From an uncultured virus (IMG/VR IMGVR_UViG_3300020197_000012) (taxonomy: Duplodnaviria; Heunggongvirae; Uroviricota; Caudoviricetes), in the IMG/VR virus record IMGVR_UViG_3300020197_000012: a stretch of DNA of 64,000 bases. One strand, 5' to 3'. Each line of letters begins with the position of its first letter. The stretch's first letter is position 1. Positions 1 through 8,876 of the stretch are shown here, piece by piece. A program made the translations under genes and the position numbers. The notes beneath the pieces were generated by a model. The model was not told the DNA's origin, searched no databases, and saw nothing but the letters and a program-made list of their open reading frames with translations.

Positions 1-1069
1 CTGGTCGAGGTTGAGGTTGGGGTTTTGTTTGTGGTTCTGGTTTAGTTGGCTTACCAGGCTTAGGTGAGGGCACTGGTTTTTCAGGCTTAGGTGCAGGAAC
101 AGGTTTTCCAGGCTTAGGTGCAGGAACTGGGGCTGGCTGCGGTGTTGCAGGTACAATTGGACCTGGTTTAGTTGGTCTAATAAATGGAACTTGAGGTATC
201 ACTATAGGCTTTGGTCTAACAAAAGCTTTAATGACACTAGTAGCAGCTTTTACATATTCCTTAATATCAACAAGATCCCCACCAAGTTCGTAAGCGAGAA
301 TCTCAGCAGCTTCCTTTACTTCATGTGAACAACTACACTCGGACTTAGCGGACTTCTTTTTCCTTTTTTTTTTCTCTCCCTCTTGGTTTTCATAAGAGGC
401 GTGAGCTTTTCCTTCTACACTTTTTTGAGCTTTAGTTGCTTCCGCAATTTCAGGAACTTCAGATCTCCAATCTGAATATTCTTCTTTCTTTGTTTTTCTT
501 TTAAACTTACCAGATACTTCGCCTGGCTCATAGCCTATGCCGTCACCATCATTATCCCACCAACGTGCTGGCTTTTTCTTTTTAGCCTCACTTACATACT
601 CTTCATTCTTTGCAGTAACATTCGTTTTGGATTGCTCAGATCCACCAACAACTACTACAGTCTTATATCTCTTTCTATAATCATCTAATTGCGATGCTGG
701 GATTTTCTTTTGGAATACAGATCCATCTTCCTTAGTAACTCTTACAAGAACTTTTGCTTCTTCTTGAAGTGCTTCAAAAGAATCACCTTCCAATTCATAA
801 GAATTATGCTGAGCATCTACAAATTCTTCAGTAATATTAATTCCCAATTCTCTAGCAAGTCTTGCCTTTCTTTCAGGAGACATTTTAGAACGCTTAAGGT
901 ATGCAACCACTGCGTCCTTACCCATGTTCTTCAATTTGTTACGAAGATCATAAAGAGCTTGAGTCTCTTGACTTTCATCGCTCTTGTGCTGACCATACTT
1001 TTCAGCAATATATTCTTGCTCAATTTGTTCTCTGTGTGATTCAAATATTTGCTGCCAAGGATTAGACAT
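1..1069 (-). CDS. Hypothetical late protein, probable internal head/virion protein with Pro-rich tail (partial, runs off the left edge)
   Basis: Not in the ORF track. Manual translation from ATG at 1069 gives MSNPWQQIFESHREQIEQEYIAEK...PVPAPKPGKPVPAPKPEKP... with no stop before the edge. Late promoter ATAAATA at 1101-1107; many (I/L/V)-x-E motifs. Confidence 0.8.
   Translation of the reverse strand, partial: MSNPWQQIFESHREQIEQEYIAEKYGQHKSDESQETQALYDLRNKLKNMGKDAVVAYLKRSKMSPERKARLARELGINITEEFVDAQHNSYELEGDSFEALQEEAKVLVRVTKEDGSVFQKKIPASQLDDYRKRYKTVVVVGGSEQSKTNVTAKNEEYVSEAKKKKPARWWDNDGDGIGYEPGEVSGKFKRKTKKEEYSDWRSEVPEIAEATKAQKSVEGKAHASYENQEGEKKKRKKKSAKSECSCSHEVKEAAEILAYELGGDLVDIKEYVKAATSVIKAFVRPKPIVIPQVPFIRPTKPGPIVPATPQPAPVPAPKPGKPVPAPKPEKPVPSPKPGKPTKPEPQTKPQPQPRP
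55..130 (-). repeat. Three 27-bp in-frame tandem repeats encoding PVP(A/S)PKP(G/E)K
   Basis: caggcttaggtg starts at 55, 82 and 109 (period 27). Confidence 0.85.
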
Positions 1070-1100
1070 ATTCCTACTAGTAATTTTTTTCTATTTTATA

Positions 1101-1107
1101 TATTTAT
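1101..1107 (-). promoter_or_regulatory. T4-type late promoter ATAAATA
   Basis: Plus-strand tatttat about 30 nt upstream of the ATG at 1069. Confidence 0.7.
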
Positions 1108-1110
1108 TTA

Positions 1111-1380
1111 TTAAATTTCTTTAGAATCGCTTATCCATGGTTTAAATAACTCACCTTCATCAGTAAGACAAATTAAATAATTTGTTCCGCGACGCATAAC
1201 AGTTCCAACTTTACCAGTTGAAATCTGCTCAATCAAACATCCTTCATTAAAAATTTCACCAGCAATATAATGCTCACGAAGATCTTCCTCAGAATAAAAA
1301 AGATCAATATCTTCTTGAACAGATTCAAGAACTGGTATTTTAGATTTTGCTTCTGAAATGAAATCTAAAAAACTTCTCAT
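1111..1380 (-). CDS. Small protein with capsid-targeting-like N-terminus; resembles the C-terminal domain of cyanophage cytidyltransferase-like proteins
   Basis: 89 aa ORF; N-terminus MRSFLDFISE resembles the T4 internal-protein targeting peptide; LREHYIAGEIF...GTVMRRGTNYLIC...FKPWISD motif recalled from memory. Confidence 0.6.
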   Translation of the reverse strand: MRSFLDFISEAKSKIPVLESVQEDIDLFYSEEDLREHYIAGEIFNEGCLIEQISTGKVGTVMRRGTNYLICLTDEGELFKPWISDSKEI

Positions 1381-1631
1381 GGTGTTATGGTTTTTAAATA
1401 ATTTAAAATTGTTTTAGGTTCTTGTTTGATGTATTGTATACCTAACTTTTTAAGTTTGGTATACTTATCTATATCATATTTATTACGTTTTAATTTGATC
1501 TTTGTATCCATAAATGCCGAAAAATAGAGATACAAATCAATCATTGCATCTCTATCATTTACTATACGTTTATTTGTTTGCAAATACTTTTGCAAAAATT
1601 GATCAAAAATAACTCGTAATGTAGGTGGCAT
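1377..1631 (-). CDS. Hypothetical protein
   Basis: 84 aa ORF, ATGA overlap with the next gene, CTAAATA at 1646-1652 upstream. Confidence 0.6.
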   Translation of the reverse strand: MPPTLRVIFDQFLQKYLQTNKRIVNDRDAMIDLYLYFSAFMDTKIKLKRNKYDIDKYTKLKKLGIQYIKQEPKTILNYLKTITP

Positions 1632-1645
1632 TATACATTTTTAAT

Positions 1646-1652
1646 TATTTAG
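1646..1652 (-). promoter_or_regulatory. Late promoter variant CTAAATA
   Basis: Plus-strand tatttag in the gap just after the mazG stop. Confidence 0.5.
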
Positions 1653-2063
1653 TCATCGGTCATCCTCTGCACGATTTTCAGAATAATAAACATCAAAGTA
1701 TCCTTCAGGGTAACGCTTCATAAGTTTCTGAACGTTCCTAGCAACCACATCATCCATACTAACTTCCAATGCCTTACATGCTTGAGCAACATACCACATA
1801 ATATCACCCAGTTCGATAATCAGATGTTCTCGATTATCTTCATTGAAGGGTTTGCCTTGAAAGATCATTTTCTTGACAATCTCCATAAACTCACCACCTT
1901 CAGCATTGATACCAACGGCAGCAGTCAGGAGTCGTTCAATATTTGCCCCCTTTGCATCAAGTTCAACCAGACGATCAGAAAGAGCAACAAAATCTTTTGA
2001 TGCATCAGAAGTTACAGCATCAACAAAGTGAACATAACGACTAAAATCAATTTGCTTTTCCAT
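1653..2063 (-). CDS. mazG: MazG-like nucleoside triphosphate pyrophosphohydrolase
   Basis: AEGGEFMEIVKK and IIELGDIMWYVAQAC acidic helices typical of MazG; lies just downstream of gp41. Confidence 0.92.
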   Translation of the reverse strand: MEKQIDFSRYVHFVDAVTSDASKDFVALSDRLVELDAKGANIERLLTAAVGINAEGGEFMEIVKKMIFQGKPFNEDNREHLIIELGDIMWYVAQACKALEVSMDDVVARNVQKLMKRYPEGYFDVYYSENRAEDDR

Positions 2064-3433
2064 TAAAATTTAAACCCCTCAAATTTTGCTGTTTTGGTTT
2101 CTTTACTATTATACTCCTCTTCTTGTCCGCTGTCAACCAGATCTTTCTGTGCTGACTGCTCAACATCATAGAGACGCATTTTTGCACGATCAATTCCAAC
2201 CATAAATCTTTTATTCATTGTTGGATCATTATATCGATTCTTCAATTGTTTCACCATAATCTGTCCCAACTGTTCCAATTCCTCTGTGCTAATAAGGGCA
2301 AACATAAGATCAGCAGTAGCAGGGAGACCAAAGGACTCACTAGTATCAGTAAGTTCAACATCAGAAGACCCATAACCTGAGCGAGTAGTTTGGGTAGCGG
2401 AGACAATAGGAACATTACATTCCACAGCAAGACCACGAAGCTCCTCAGCAATAGCTTTAACATACGTGTAGCTGTTTACAACACTCCCCTTATATCTAGA
2501 TGAGGCACAGATATTCAGATAATCTATAAAAATAACATCTGGTTTAAAAGTTTTCTTCATACTCAGCTCATTGAGAAGAGTCTTAAAGTGTCCAACATGT
2601 GCTGATGCAGTAGGGTATTCTTTAATAATAAGTTTACCTTGAGTCTTTTTAGATATTGCAGTAATCTTAGATTCAAACATAGGTTTAGAAAGATCCTGCA
2701 AATCTTTAATGTTTACATTCAATAAGTTTGCGTCAATTCGTTCAGCAATTTTTTCCTCTGCCATTTCCAACGTAATGTACAGAACGTTCCGTCCCTGGAG
2801 CAGGATGGAGCTAGCCACATGGCACATGAATAGAGATTTGCCGACACCCGTACCAGCAAGAGCGATGTTAAGAGTTTTGTTAGGGATGCCACCCTTCGTA
2901 ATTTTGTTAAAGTATTCAAGATCAAAGGGAATTTTGTCCTCTTGCTTGTGATAGAAATCATAACGTTCTTCGTAATTTTGAATGTAATCATGACCAACAT
3001 TGTGGTCAAAGGATACGCCTAATGCTTCACTGAGAATGTGTGGAATAGAATCTTTACTCTTCTTCCCACTGTCATCATCAGCAATGTGAATAGATTCCAT
3101 GAGTGCCAAATAAATGGCACGTTCACGGCACCACTTTTCAGTGGTATCAACCAACCATTCAAGACTGATTTCATCAGGATCTAAAGTTCTAATCAAAGTA
3201 AGAATGTCCTTACTTTCCGATTCACTTAAATCACGACGATTATCCACTTCAATAAAAAGAATTTCTTTGGTAGCTAAGTTTTCATATTGAGTTAAAAACT
3301 TAGCTATTTCTTCAAAAACAACTCTCTCAATTTTTTCACTAAAGTATTCAGGTTTAATGAAAGGTAATACCTTTCTACAATAAGGTTCATTAAAAATTAA
3401 ATTTTTGAGAATAGTTGTCTCGATTTTATCCAT
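2063..3433 (-). CDS. gp41: DnaB-like replicative helicase (T4 gp41)
   Basis: Walker A AGTGVGKS, ITLEMAEE, IFIDYL, KQLKNRY; start moved to MDKIETTILKNL at 3433. Confidence 0.96.
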   Translation of the reverse strand: MDKIETTILKNLIFNEPYCRKVLPFIKPEYFSEKIERVVFEEIAKFLTQYENLATKEILFIEVDNRRDLSESESKDILTLIRTLDPDEISLEWLVDTTEKWCRERAIYLALMESIHIADDDSGKKSKDSIPHILSEALGVSFDHNVGHDYIQNYEERYDFYHKQEDKIPFDLEYFNKITKGGIPNKTLNIALAGTGVGKSLFMCHVASSILLQGRNVLYITLEMAEEKIAERIDANLLNVNIKDLQDLSKPMFESKITAISKKTQGKLIIKEYPTASAHVGHFKTLLNELSMKKTFKPDVIFIDYLNICASSRYKGSVVNSYTYVKAIAEELRGLAVECNVPIVSATQTTRSGYGSSDVELTDTSESFGLPATADLMFALISTEELEQLGQIMVKQLKNRYNDPTMNKRFMVGIDRAKMRLYDVEQSAQKDLVDSGQEEEYNSKETKTAKFEGFKF

Positions 3434-4427
3434 AACAGAATTCTTTATGTGCAATTTCATCAAGGGCTTGCATTACTTCTGGAGTGAAGTATTTTTCAGG
3501 TTCAGCTAAAATCTGTTTGGCATAAATTTTCTTACCGTCCATCTCATAACGACCTGCTACATTCTTCCAGAGTCCACCAATCTCACCAAGTTCCAAAAGA
3601 CCGTAGTAACGATCAAGACCGCGCTCATCATAAAATAAACGGATTTCAACGTCCATATTCTCCTTACTTAAACGAGACTTAGCAGTCTTAGCCTTGATAA
3701 TGTTTCCAACCACTTCCGTTCCATCTTTCTCTTTTTTCTTACTGAGATATATGATAGTAGAAGCGGCATACTTAAGACCACTACCACCACCCATCTCTTT
3801 AGTAGGAACATAAGCACCGATGACATCGTAAGTGTGGTTCGTAACTAACATTGGAATGTTTGCCTGACCCAACTTGAGAGTAAGCATTCGGAATGCACCC
3901 TTGACCAATTGAGATTTGGTCATGTCACGAACTTGTTTATCGTTCAGTGCATCGGTGATCTCTTTCTCTGTGGAAAGCATACCCAAAGAGTCTAATACAA
4001 ACATGCAAGGTTTGCGTTCTCCTTCAGGTTTTTTTAAGTAAATATCCACTGCCTTGAGTGCCTTGCTACGGAATTCTTCAATAGTTACAACATTCACAAC
4101 AACCAAACGACTCAGATCAATACCACGACTTTCTAGAAGGGACTTAGTAACTGCAGCTTCAGTATCAAAGTAGAGACAATAACCATCGGGATGAGTATCA
4201 AGAAAATTCTTAACCACAGCGAGAGAAAAGAAAGTCTTTCCAGTAGAAGACTCACCAGCAATAGCAGTAATCTTATTCCCAGATACACCACCAAATATGC
4301 TACCTGAAACCAGTGCATTAAAAATGTACGAACCCGTGTCAACATAAGTCTCGGTCTCCTCAATATCAGAAGCAAGTTGTGTATACTCGCCACCGATTTC
4401 CTTTACAATGTCTTTTAAAAAATCCAT
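3426..4427 (-). CDS. uvsX: RecA-like recombinase UvsX
   Basis: GESSTGKT Walker A, YFDTEAA, VLDSLGML, MGGGSGLKYAAS; start MDFLKDIVKE at 4427 with AGGAGA RBS. Confidence 0.96.
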   Translation of the reverse strand: MDFLKDIVKEIGGEYTQLASDIEETETYVDTGSYIFNALVSGSIFGGVSGNKITAIAGESSTGKTFFSLAVVKNFLDTHPDGYCLYFDTEAAVTKSLLESRGIDLSRLVVVNVVTIEEFRSKALKAVDIYLKKPEGERKPCMFVLDSLGMLSTEKEITDALNDKQVRDMTKSQLVKGAFRMLTLKLGQANIPMLVTNHTYDVIGAYVPTKEMGGGSGLKYAASTIIYLSKKKEKDGTEVVGNIIKAKTAKSRLSKENMDVEIRLFYDERGLDRYYGLLELGEIGGLWKNVAGRYEMDGKKIYAKQILAEPEKYFTPEVMQALDEIAHKEFCYG

Positions 4428-4434
4428 AATTCTC

Positions 4435-6930
4435 CTAAGCAAAAAAGTTTTCTAATGAACCACGTTGTTCAGATTTCCATCCAATACAATCTAATATCGA
4501 TTTTAGCGGATCCATGAAGGATTTGTCAAATTGCAATGAATAATCGATGTATTGATTTAACCCAAGTTCCTTAGGAAATTCTTGAATAAATGTGATTACA
4601 TTTTCTCGGATTGGGTTTGGTGTCTTCAAATACATAAATTTAATCTTCTCACCATTATTAATCAACGCATACTTATGAGTAAGTTTATTTTGTTTAACGT
4701 AGTAATTGAAAAGCAATGCACCACGTACATGAATCGGTGTTGATTTTTTGTAAATGCTGTTTGAGCACTTCCACTTCTCAACATCGCTTGCCGTTCTAGG
4801 AAATGCTATTTGATCAATTGGTAATGATGGAAATTCTTTTTTGAAATCTTGAATAAATTTTATGACATCAGCTTCAGTTGCTGTCATAATTAGTTTAAGT
4901 GCTTCTTTAATTTTAGTTCTGCAAGCTGCTGGTGTTGATGATTTGATAGCCTCAAGACCCATAATTTTGAGTTTAGGTTCCGAGAAACGAACACCTTCAC
5001 TGTCCCATACATTGAGAATGTATCTCTTCTTGGCAGTCCAAATACCACGATCAGCAATTGTTTCACGCTTCATAAACATCTTCTGTTCAAAAGCGTTTAC
5101 ATAAGTTGCAAGTTCTTGATACGATGTATCAATATAAGGTTCAAGTTCTTTTTGGCAGACTTTATCCAAGAAGTTTACGATTGTTTCTGTGTCTGGATTT
5201 TTGCCAGCAAAAACTTTATCAACGAAACCACCAAGATTAAGATAGATAGAATCAGTATCTACCGCAATCACGTAGTCAACGTTGTCTGTTTTAAGAACCT
5301 TATTGAAATATTTATTAACTTTACGTTCAATCCAACGAATTGAGAGCTGTCCAGATAAAGTGATTGCTTCCGCATTTTCAAGTTTATAATACCTGAAGTA
5401 TTGATTACCAATAGCACCATAGGCAGAGTTAAGTTGAATCTTACGTGCCATTTGAATGTTATTGCATCGAGCAATCTCTTTTTTCAATGCATTCGTAGGA
5501 GTTTTTTCATATTCCTTTTGAGCAGCAATCATCTTTTTTTTGTAGATGGTTCGTTCCTGATAGATCTTATCCATTAATTTGGGAAGAAACCCTTGGCGAT
5601 TTGTATCAAATAATGCACCATTCGGACAAAGTGTTTGACCATAAAGATCAGAAAGATCAAGCTCTTTATTCAACAACCTATCAACAGTTGCAGTGGAATG
5701 TCTATGTGCGATTAAAGTCTCTGGTGAGATATTATATTGCATGATGAGATGGGGATATAGCGAGTTAAGGTCAAAGCTTACTACCCAATCATACTTTCCA
5801 GGAATCGGTTCCTTCACATATGCACCAGCATATTGTGCATCTTTTTTGTGTTCTTTCTTTGGAGGAACTACAATGTTCTGTTTCTTTAGATAATTGTAGA
5901 TAATACTATCCCACATTTTTACCTGTGAGAATACATCCATATAATTTACCTTAGCATCATATGCCATGGTAATTGCAAGTTCAACCAGTTTCATTTTGTC
6001 TTCCAAACGGTCAACAAGTTCTACGTCAACAATATTGTATTCTACAAACTTTTGCCATCCCTGAGTATAAAAATCTTTAAAGGTTTCAAACTCAGAGTGA
6101 TCTAATTTCTTTTGTCCAAGTTCAACAAAAGCAATATGATCTAGACGATAAGATTCCTGCGCTTTATAAGTAAACTTTTTATAAAGATCAAGATAATCTA
6201 GAACTGTAATACCACCAATGTCGTAGCATATGTGGGATCTGCCAGAAATAAAAACTTCACTTTTAGTTAGAAGTTTCCACGGAGAAAGAAGTTTGGCGGT
6301 TTTTTCATCAAAGATACGTTCAATCCTACCTGCAAGATATGGAATATCATACAGGTTACAGTTCCAACCAGTAATTACTTCTGGAAAATTATTTTCCCAG
6401 AAATACAAAAATCTATTAATAAGATCCCGCTCATCAGAACAATAGATGTATTCTACATTCTTCTGTTTGTTTAAAAAACGTTTAACACCCCAAGTAGTAA
6501 TCTGCTTGGTAGCATAGTCTTGAATTGAAATTGTAAGAAGTTCTTCAGCACAATCCCTCACATTGGGGAAACCATTTTCTGAGGCAACCTCAATATCAAT
6601 CGTAAAGATCTTAATTTTAGAAATATCAAATTTGATTTCATCCTCAGGATACTTATCAGAGATATACTGATAGATGAATCGATTATTGCCGTAAATTTTA
6701 AAATTTTCTACACCATCATACTTTTTATAAAACTCCCGACAGTCACCCACAGTTCCAGGTTGAACTGGCTTGACATAGATATCATCAAGAGTTTTATATT
6801 GACCCTGTTCTTTAGAGGCAAGAAAAAGTGTGGGAGAGTACTTCTCCCGAGTCATAAAACTTTTTCCATTGTCATATCCACGAATCAAAAAGTCGTTTCC
6901 GACCAATTGAACATTAGTATAAAATCTCAT
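4435..6930 (-). CDS. gp43: Family B DNA polymerase (T4 gp43)
   Basis: ExoI DIEV, SFDLNSLYPHLI, KIQLNSAYGA, VDTDS, KKRY; start MRFYTNVQ at 6930; no intein or intron evident. Confidence 0.97.
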   Translation of the reverse strand: MRFYTNVQLVGNDFLIRGYDNGKSFMTREKYSPTLFLASKEQGQYKTLDDIYVKPVQPGTVGDCREFYKKYDGVENFKIYGNNRFIYQYISDKYPEDEIKFDISKIKIFTIDIEVASENGFPNVRDCAEELLTISIQDYATKQITTWGVKRFLNKQKNVEYIYCSDERDLINRFLYFWENNFPEVITGWNCNLYDIPYLAGRIERIFDEKTAKLLSPWKLLTKSEVFISGRSHICYDIGGITVLDYLDLYKKFTYKAQESYRLDHIAFVELGQKKLDHSEFETFKDFYTQGWQKFVEYNIVDVELVDRLEDKMKLVELAITMAYDAKVNYMDVFSQVKMWDSIIYNYLKKQNIVVPPKKEHKKDAQYAGAYVKEPIPGKYDWVVSFDLNSLYPHLIMQYNISPETLIAHRHSTATVDRLLNKELDLSDLYGQTLCPNGALFDTNRQGFLPKLMDKIYQERTIYKKKMIAAQKEYEKTPTNALKKEIARCNNIQMARKIQLNSAYGAIGNQYFRYYKLENAEAITLSGQLSIRWIERKVNKYFNKVLKTDNVDYVIAVDTDSIYLNLGGFVDKVFAGKNPDTETIVNFLDKVCQKELEPYIDTSYQELATYVNAFEQKMFMKRETIADRGIWTAKKRYILNVWDSEGVRFSEPKLKIMGLEAIKSSTPAACRTKIKEALKLIMTATEADVIKFIQDFKKEFPSLPIDQIAFPRTASDVEKWKCSNSIYKKSTPIHVRGALLFNYYVKQNKLTHKYALINNGEKIKFMYLKTPNPIRENVITFIQEFPKELGLNQYIDYSLQFDKSFMDPLKSILDCIGWKSEQRGSLENFFA

Positions 6931-7250
6931 TCGCCAATGGCTTTGCGGTACATGTCTTCCATCATACTGGAAGGATCGCAAATTGTCAAGAAGGAATCTG
7001 AACTCATCATGATTTCTTCTTGATCAGTATACATTGGAAACTGTTCCAAATATGTTGAAACGTTTTTAAGAATTTGGCGTGGTGAAATTAATCTGCAATT
7101 TGGCATTCCATATTCTGCCAACACCTCTTCTATTTGAGAGATGATATAAATGCCACCTTTAAGAAGGATCAGTTTGATCGGAATCTGAGGATTCTCCACC
7201 GTCTCCTCCTGAAGTTCCTCCATCATGTCCATCATTTCCAAGTCGTCCAT
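6927..7250 (-). CDS. Hypothetical protein (small beta-rich, possibly Sm-like fold)
   Basis: 107 aa ORF, ATGA-coupled to gp43; IKLILLKGGIYIISQIEE resembles the N-terminus of the upstream ORF. Confidence 0.7.
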   Translation of the reverse strand: MDDLEMMDMMEELQEETVENPQIPIKLILLKGGIYIISQIEEVLAEYGMPNCRLISPRQILKNVSTYLEQFPMYTDQEEIMMSSDSFLTICDPSSMMEDMYRKAIGE

Positions 7251-7545
7251 TAATTCTCTCCGTATAAGATGCCTCCATTTCTGGAGTTGGGTTATAAATT
7301 GTAACTATCCAATCAGGATTTACATAAAACTCTTTGTCATGAGACAACATGACCCATGGCGTATAAGTGATAGCCCACAGACGTGTTCCATCATCTTCTT
7401 CTTCGATGTGTTTTCTACCATCAATTTTTACAACATATGGTAAAGTAAATGAATAGAAAGCTAACTTATTTTCATCTGTTAAAACTTCTTTCATTTCACA
7501 AATGACTTCTTCATTAGATTTCAATAATGCAATTTTTACACTCAT
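7159..7545 (-). CDS. Hypothetical protein (paralog-like to 6927..7250 and 21786..22175)
   Basis: 128 aa ORF; VKIALLKSNEEVICEMKE...PW...WIVTIYNP. Confidence 0.75.
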   Translation of the reverse strand: MSVKIALLKSNEEVICEMKEVLTDENKLAFYSFTLPYVVKIDGRKHIEEEDDGTRLWAITYTPWVMLSHDKEFYVNPDWIVTIYNPTPEMEASYTERINGRLGNDGHDGGTSGGDGGESSDSDQTDPS

Positions 7546-8255
7546 AGGGACAGCTCTTTAACTTTTCTAGATGTAATGTACTGTGAAAATTTATTTAGAT
7601 ATCCGTTGTTACGCAATTCTTTAAAGACTAAATTTTCAATAGAAAATTCACCACCTCTACGAATAGCAACAGATCTCATAACTCTAAATTTTTCTTTGAG
7701 TTTATTCATTTCAGCAATGTCATTAGACTTGCTTTGAATGAACATATCAATTTTATCCATTATATCATGAGTCTTTCTTTTTAGCAAGGCTTTGTCAACT
7801 TCTGGAGTTTTATATGTTGGCTTGGATATCCATTTATTATACTTTACCGAATAGACGCCTTGATTTGATGGGCGTTCAATACCCTCTTCTTCAGCATAAA
7901 GTTCTACATCATGTCCGTATATTTTAACGCTGTGAGTCAAAGCCCAAAGTTGTTTTTTATCTTTGAGGTAATCATCAAGAAGATCTGGACAATCTGGAAG
8001 TTTATTCTTATCAACTACTAAATGTAAATCTATATCGGAATATTCTGTATAATTATAGTTTGCGTTTCCACCAACAAGGATCACATCTTTAATTGAAGCC
8101 ATGGGGATATTAGCAAAATCTGCCCATGCTTGACCAATTCTAACTAACTTAATTTTAACTTCTGATTTGAGTTTGTCACCATTCCAAATTTTTGGATTCA
8201 ATTTATCATGGTATCTAAATGTTATTTTTTGTTCAAGAAATGACTCTAAATCCAT
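7542..8255 (-). CDS. Pol-beta superfamily nucleotidyltransferase
   Basis: ILVGGNANYNYTEYSDIDLHLVVD fits hG[GS]x9-13DhDh; third acidic residue in DVELY; own late promoter at 8265-8271. Confidence 0.8.
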   Translation of the reverse strand: MDLESFLEQKITFRYHDKLNPKIWNGDKLKSEVKIKLVRIGQAWADFANIPMASIKDVILVGGNANYNYTEYSDIDLHLVVDKNKLPDCPDLLDDYLKDKKQLWALTHSVKIYGHDVELYAEEEGIERPSNQGVYSVKYNKWISKPTYKTPEVDKALLKRKTHDIMDKIDMFIQSKSNDIAEMNKLKEKFRVMRSVAIRRGGEFSIENLVFKELRNNGYLNKFSQYITSRKVKELSL

Positions 8256-8264
8256 TTTTATTTT

Positions 8265-8271
8265 TATTTAT
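8265..8271 (-). promoter_or_regulatory. Late promoter ATAAATA
   Basis: Plus-strand tatttat about 10 nt upstream of the nucleotidyltransferase ATG. Confidence 0.7.
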
Positions 8272-8272
8272 G

Positions 8273-8310
8273 AAAAGGGGGAGTGGGATGATTCTGACCA
8301 TCCCCTCCCC
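8273..8310 (-). terminator. Intrinsic terminator-like hairpin downstream of hsp20
   Basis: GGGGAGGGGATG-gtcagaat-CATCCCACTCCCC (one mismatch) followed by CTTTT. Confidence 0.7.
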
Positions 8311-8339
8311 AGCGCCGACGATATTCAATACTATTTATA
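8273..8339 (-). ncRNA. Candidate late small RNA (TATAAATA to hairpin terminator, about 55 nt)
   Basis: TATAAATA at 8332-8339, then GAATATCGTCGGCGC and a GC-rich hairpin, with no ORF in between. Confidence 0.35.
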
Positions 8340-8769
8340 GATAATTTTTTCGTGCATGATGCTCGGGAACAATCTTACCTAATCGAATGGTAAGTAATCC
8401 ATCTTCAAAGCTGACTTCTCGGACTTCGGTGTCGTCGGATAGTGTCCACGCCCGTTTAAAACTTCTTTGAGCCAGACCTTTGTGGACAAACGTCCTATCC
8501 GATTCTGTATCTGATTTTTGCCCCTCGACAAAAAGTTTTCCATACTCTGTGAAGACATTTACCTCCTCCCTTTTAAATCCTGCAAGGGCAATCTCTAAAT
8601 GAGATTCTACATTATTTACCTGTACAAGATTATATGGAGGATAATTTGTTGAAGTTTCGTGAAGATTAAGTAGTCGATCAAAGTATTGATCTAGACCAAT
8701 ACTATTACGTGTAATCCTATCCATTAACGCAGGAAGATCTGAGGCAGTATATCGTGTGATGCTGTTCAT
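8335..8769 (-). CDS. hsp20: Small heat shock protein (Hsp20/IbpA family)
   Basis: NYPPYNL, LEIALAGF, HKGLAQRSFKRAWTL, FEDGLLTI alpha-crystallin motifs. Confidence 0.95.
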   Translation of the reverse strand: MNSITRYTASDLPALMDRITRNSIGLDQYFDRLLNLHETSTNYPPYNLVQVNNVESHLEIALAGFKREEVNVFTEYGKLFVEGQKSDTESDRTFVHKGLAQRSFKRAWTLSDDTEVREVSFEDGLLTIRLGKIVPEHHARKNYL

Positions 8770-8831
8770 TATTGTAGCTCCTTAGAAAGCGAGTTTGTGT
8801 TTTGTGAACCCCGAAGGCATTCAATATTATA
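8770..8831 (-). promoter_or_regulatory. hsp20 -10 box (TATAAT 8826-8831) and structured 5' UTR, ROSE-like RNA thermometer
   Basis: UUCG-tetraloop hairpin followed by CUCGCUUUCUAAGGAG, in which the UCGCU motif can pair with the AGGAG Shine-Dalgarno. Confidence 0.6.
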
Positions 8832-8844
8832 TAGGATACTAATT

Positions 8845-8876
8845 AAAAAAAGAGGCTCAGTAAAAACCGAACCTCT
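8845..8876 (-). terminator. Intrinsic terminator downstream of regA
   Basis: AGAGGTTCGG-ttttta-CTGAGCCTCT followed by a T run. Confidence 0.8.

Noticed and set aside
55..130. CRISPR-like array
   Set aside because: The repeats are adjacent, in frame, without unique spacers, and encode a Pro-rich peptide.
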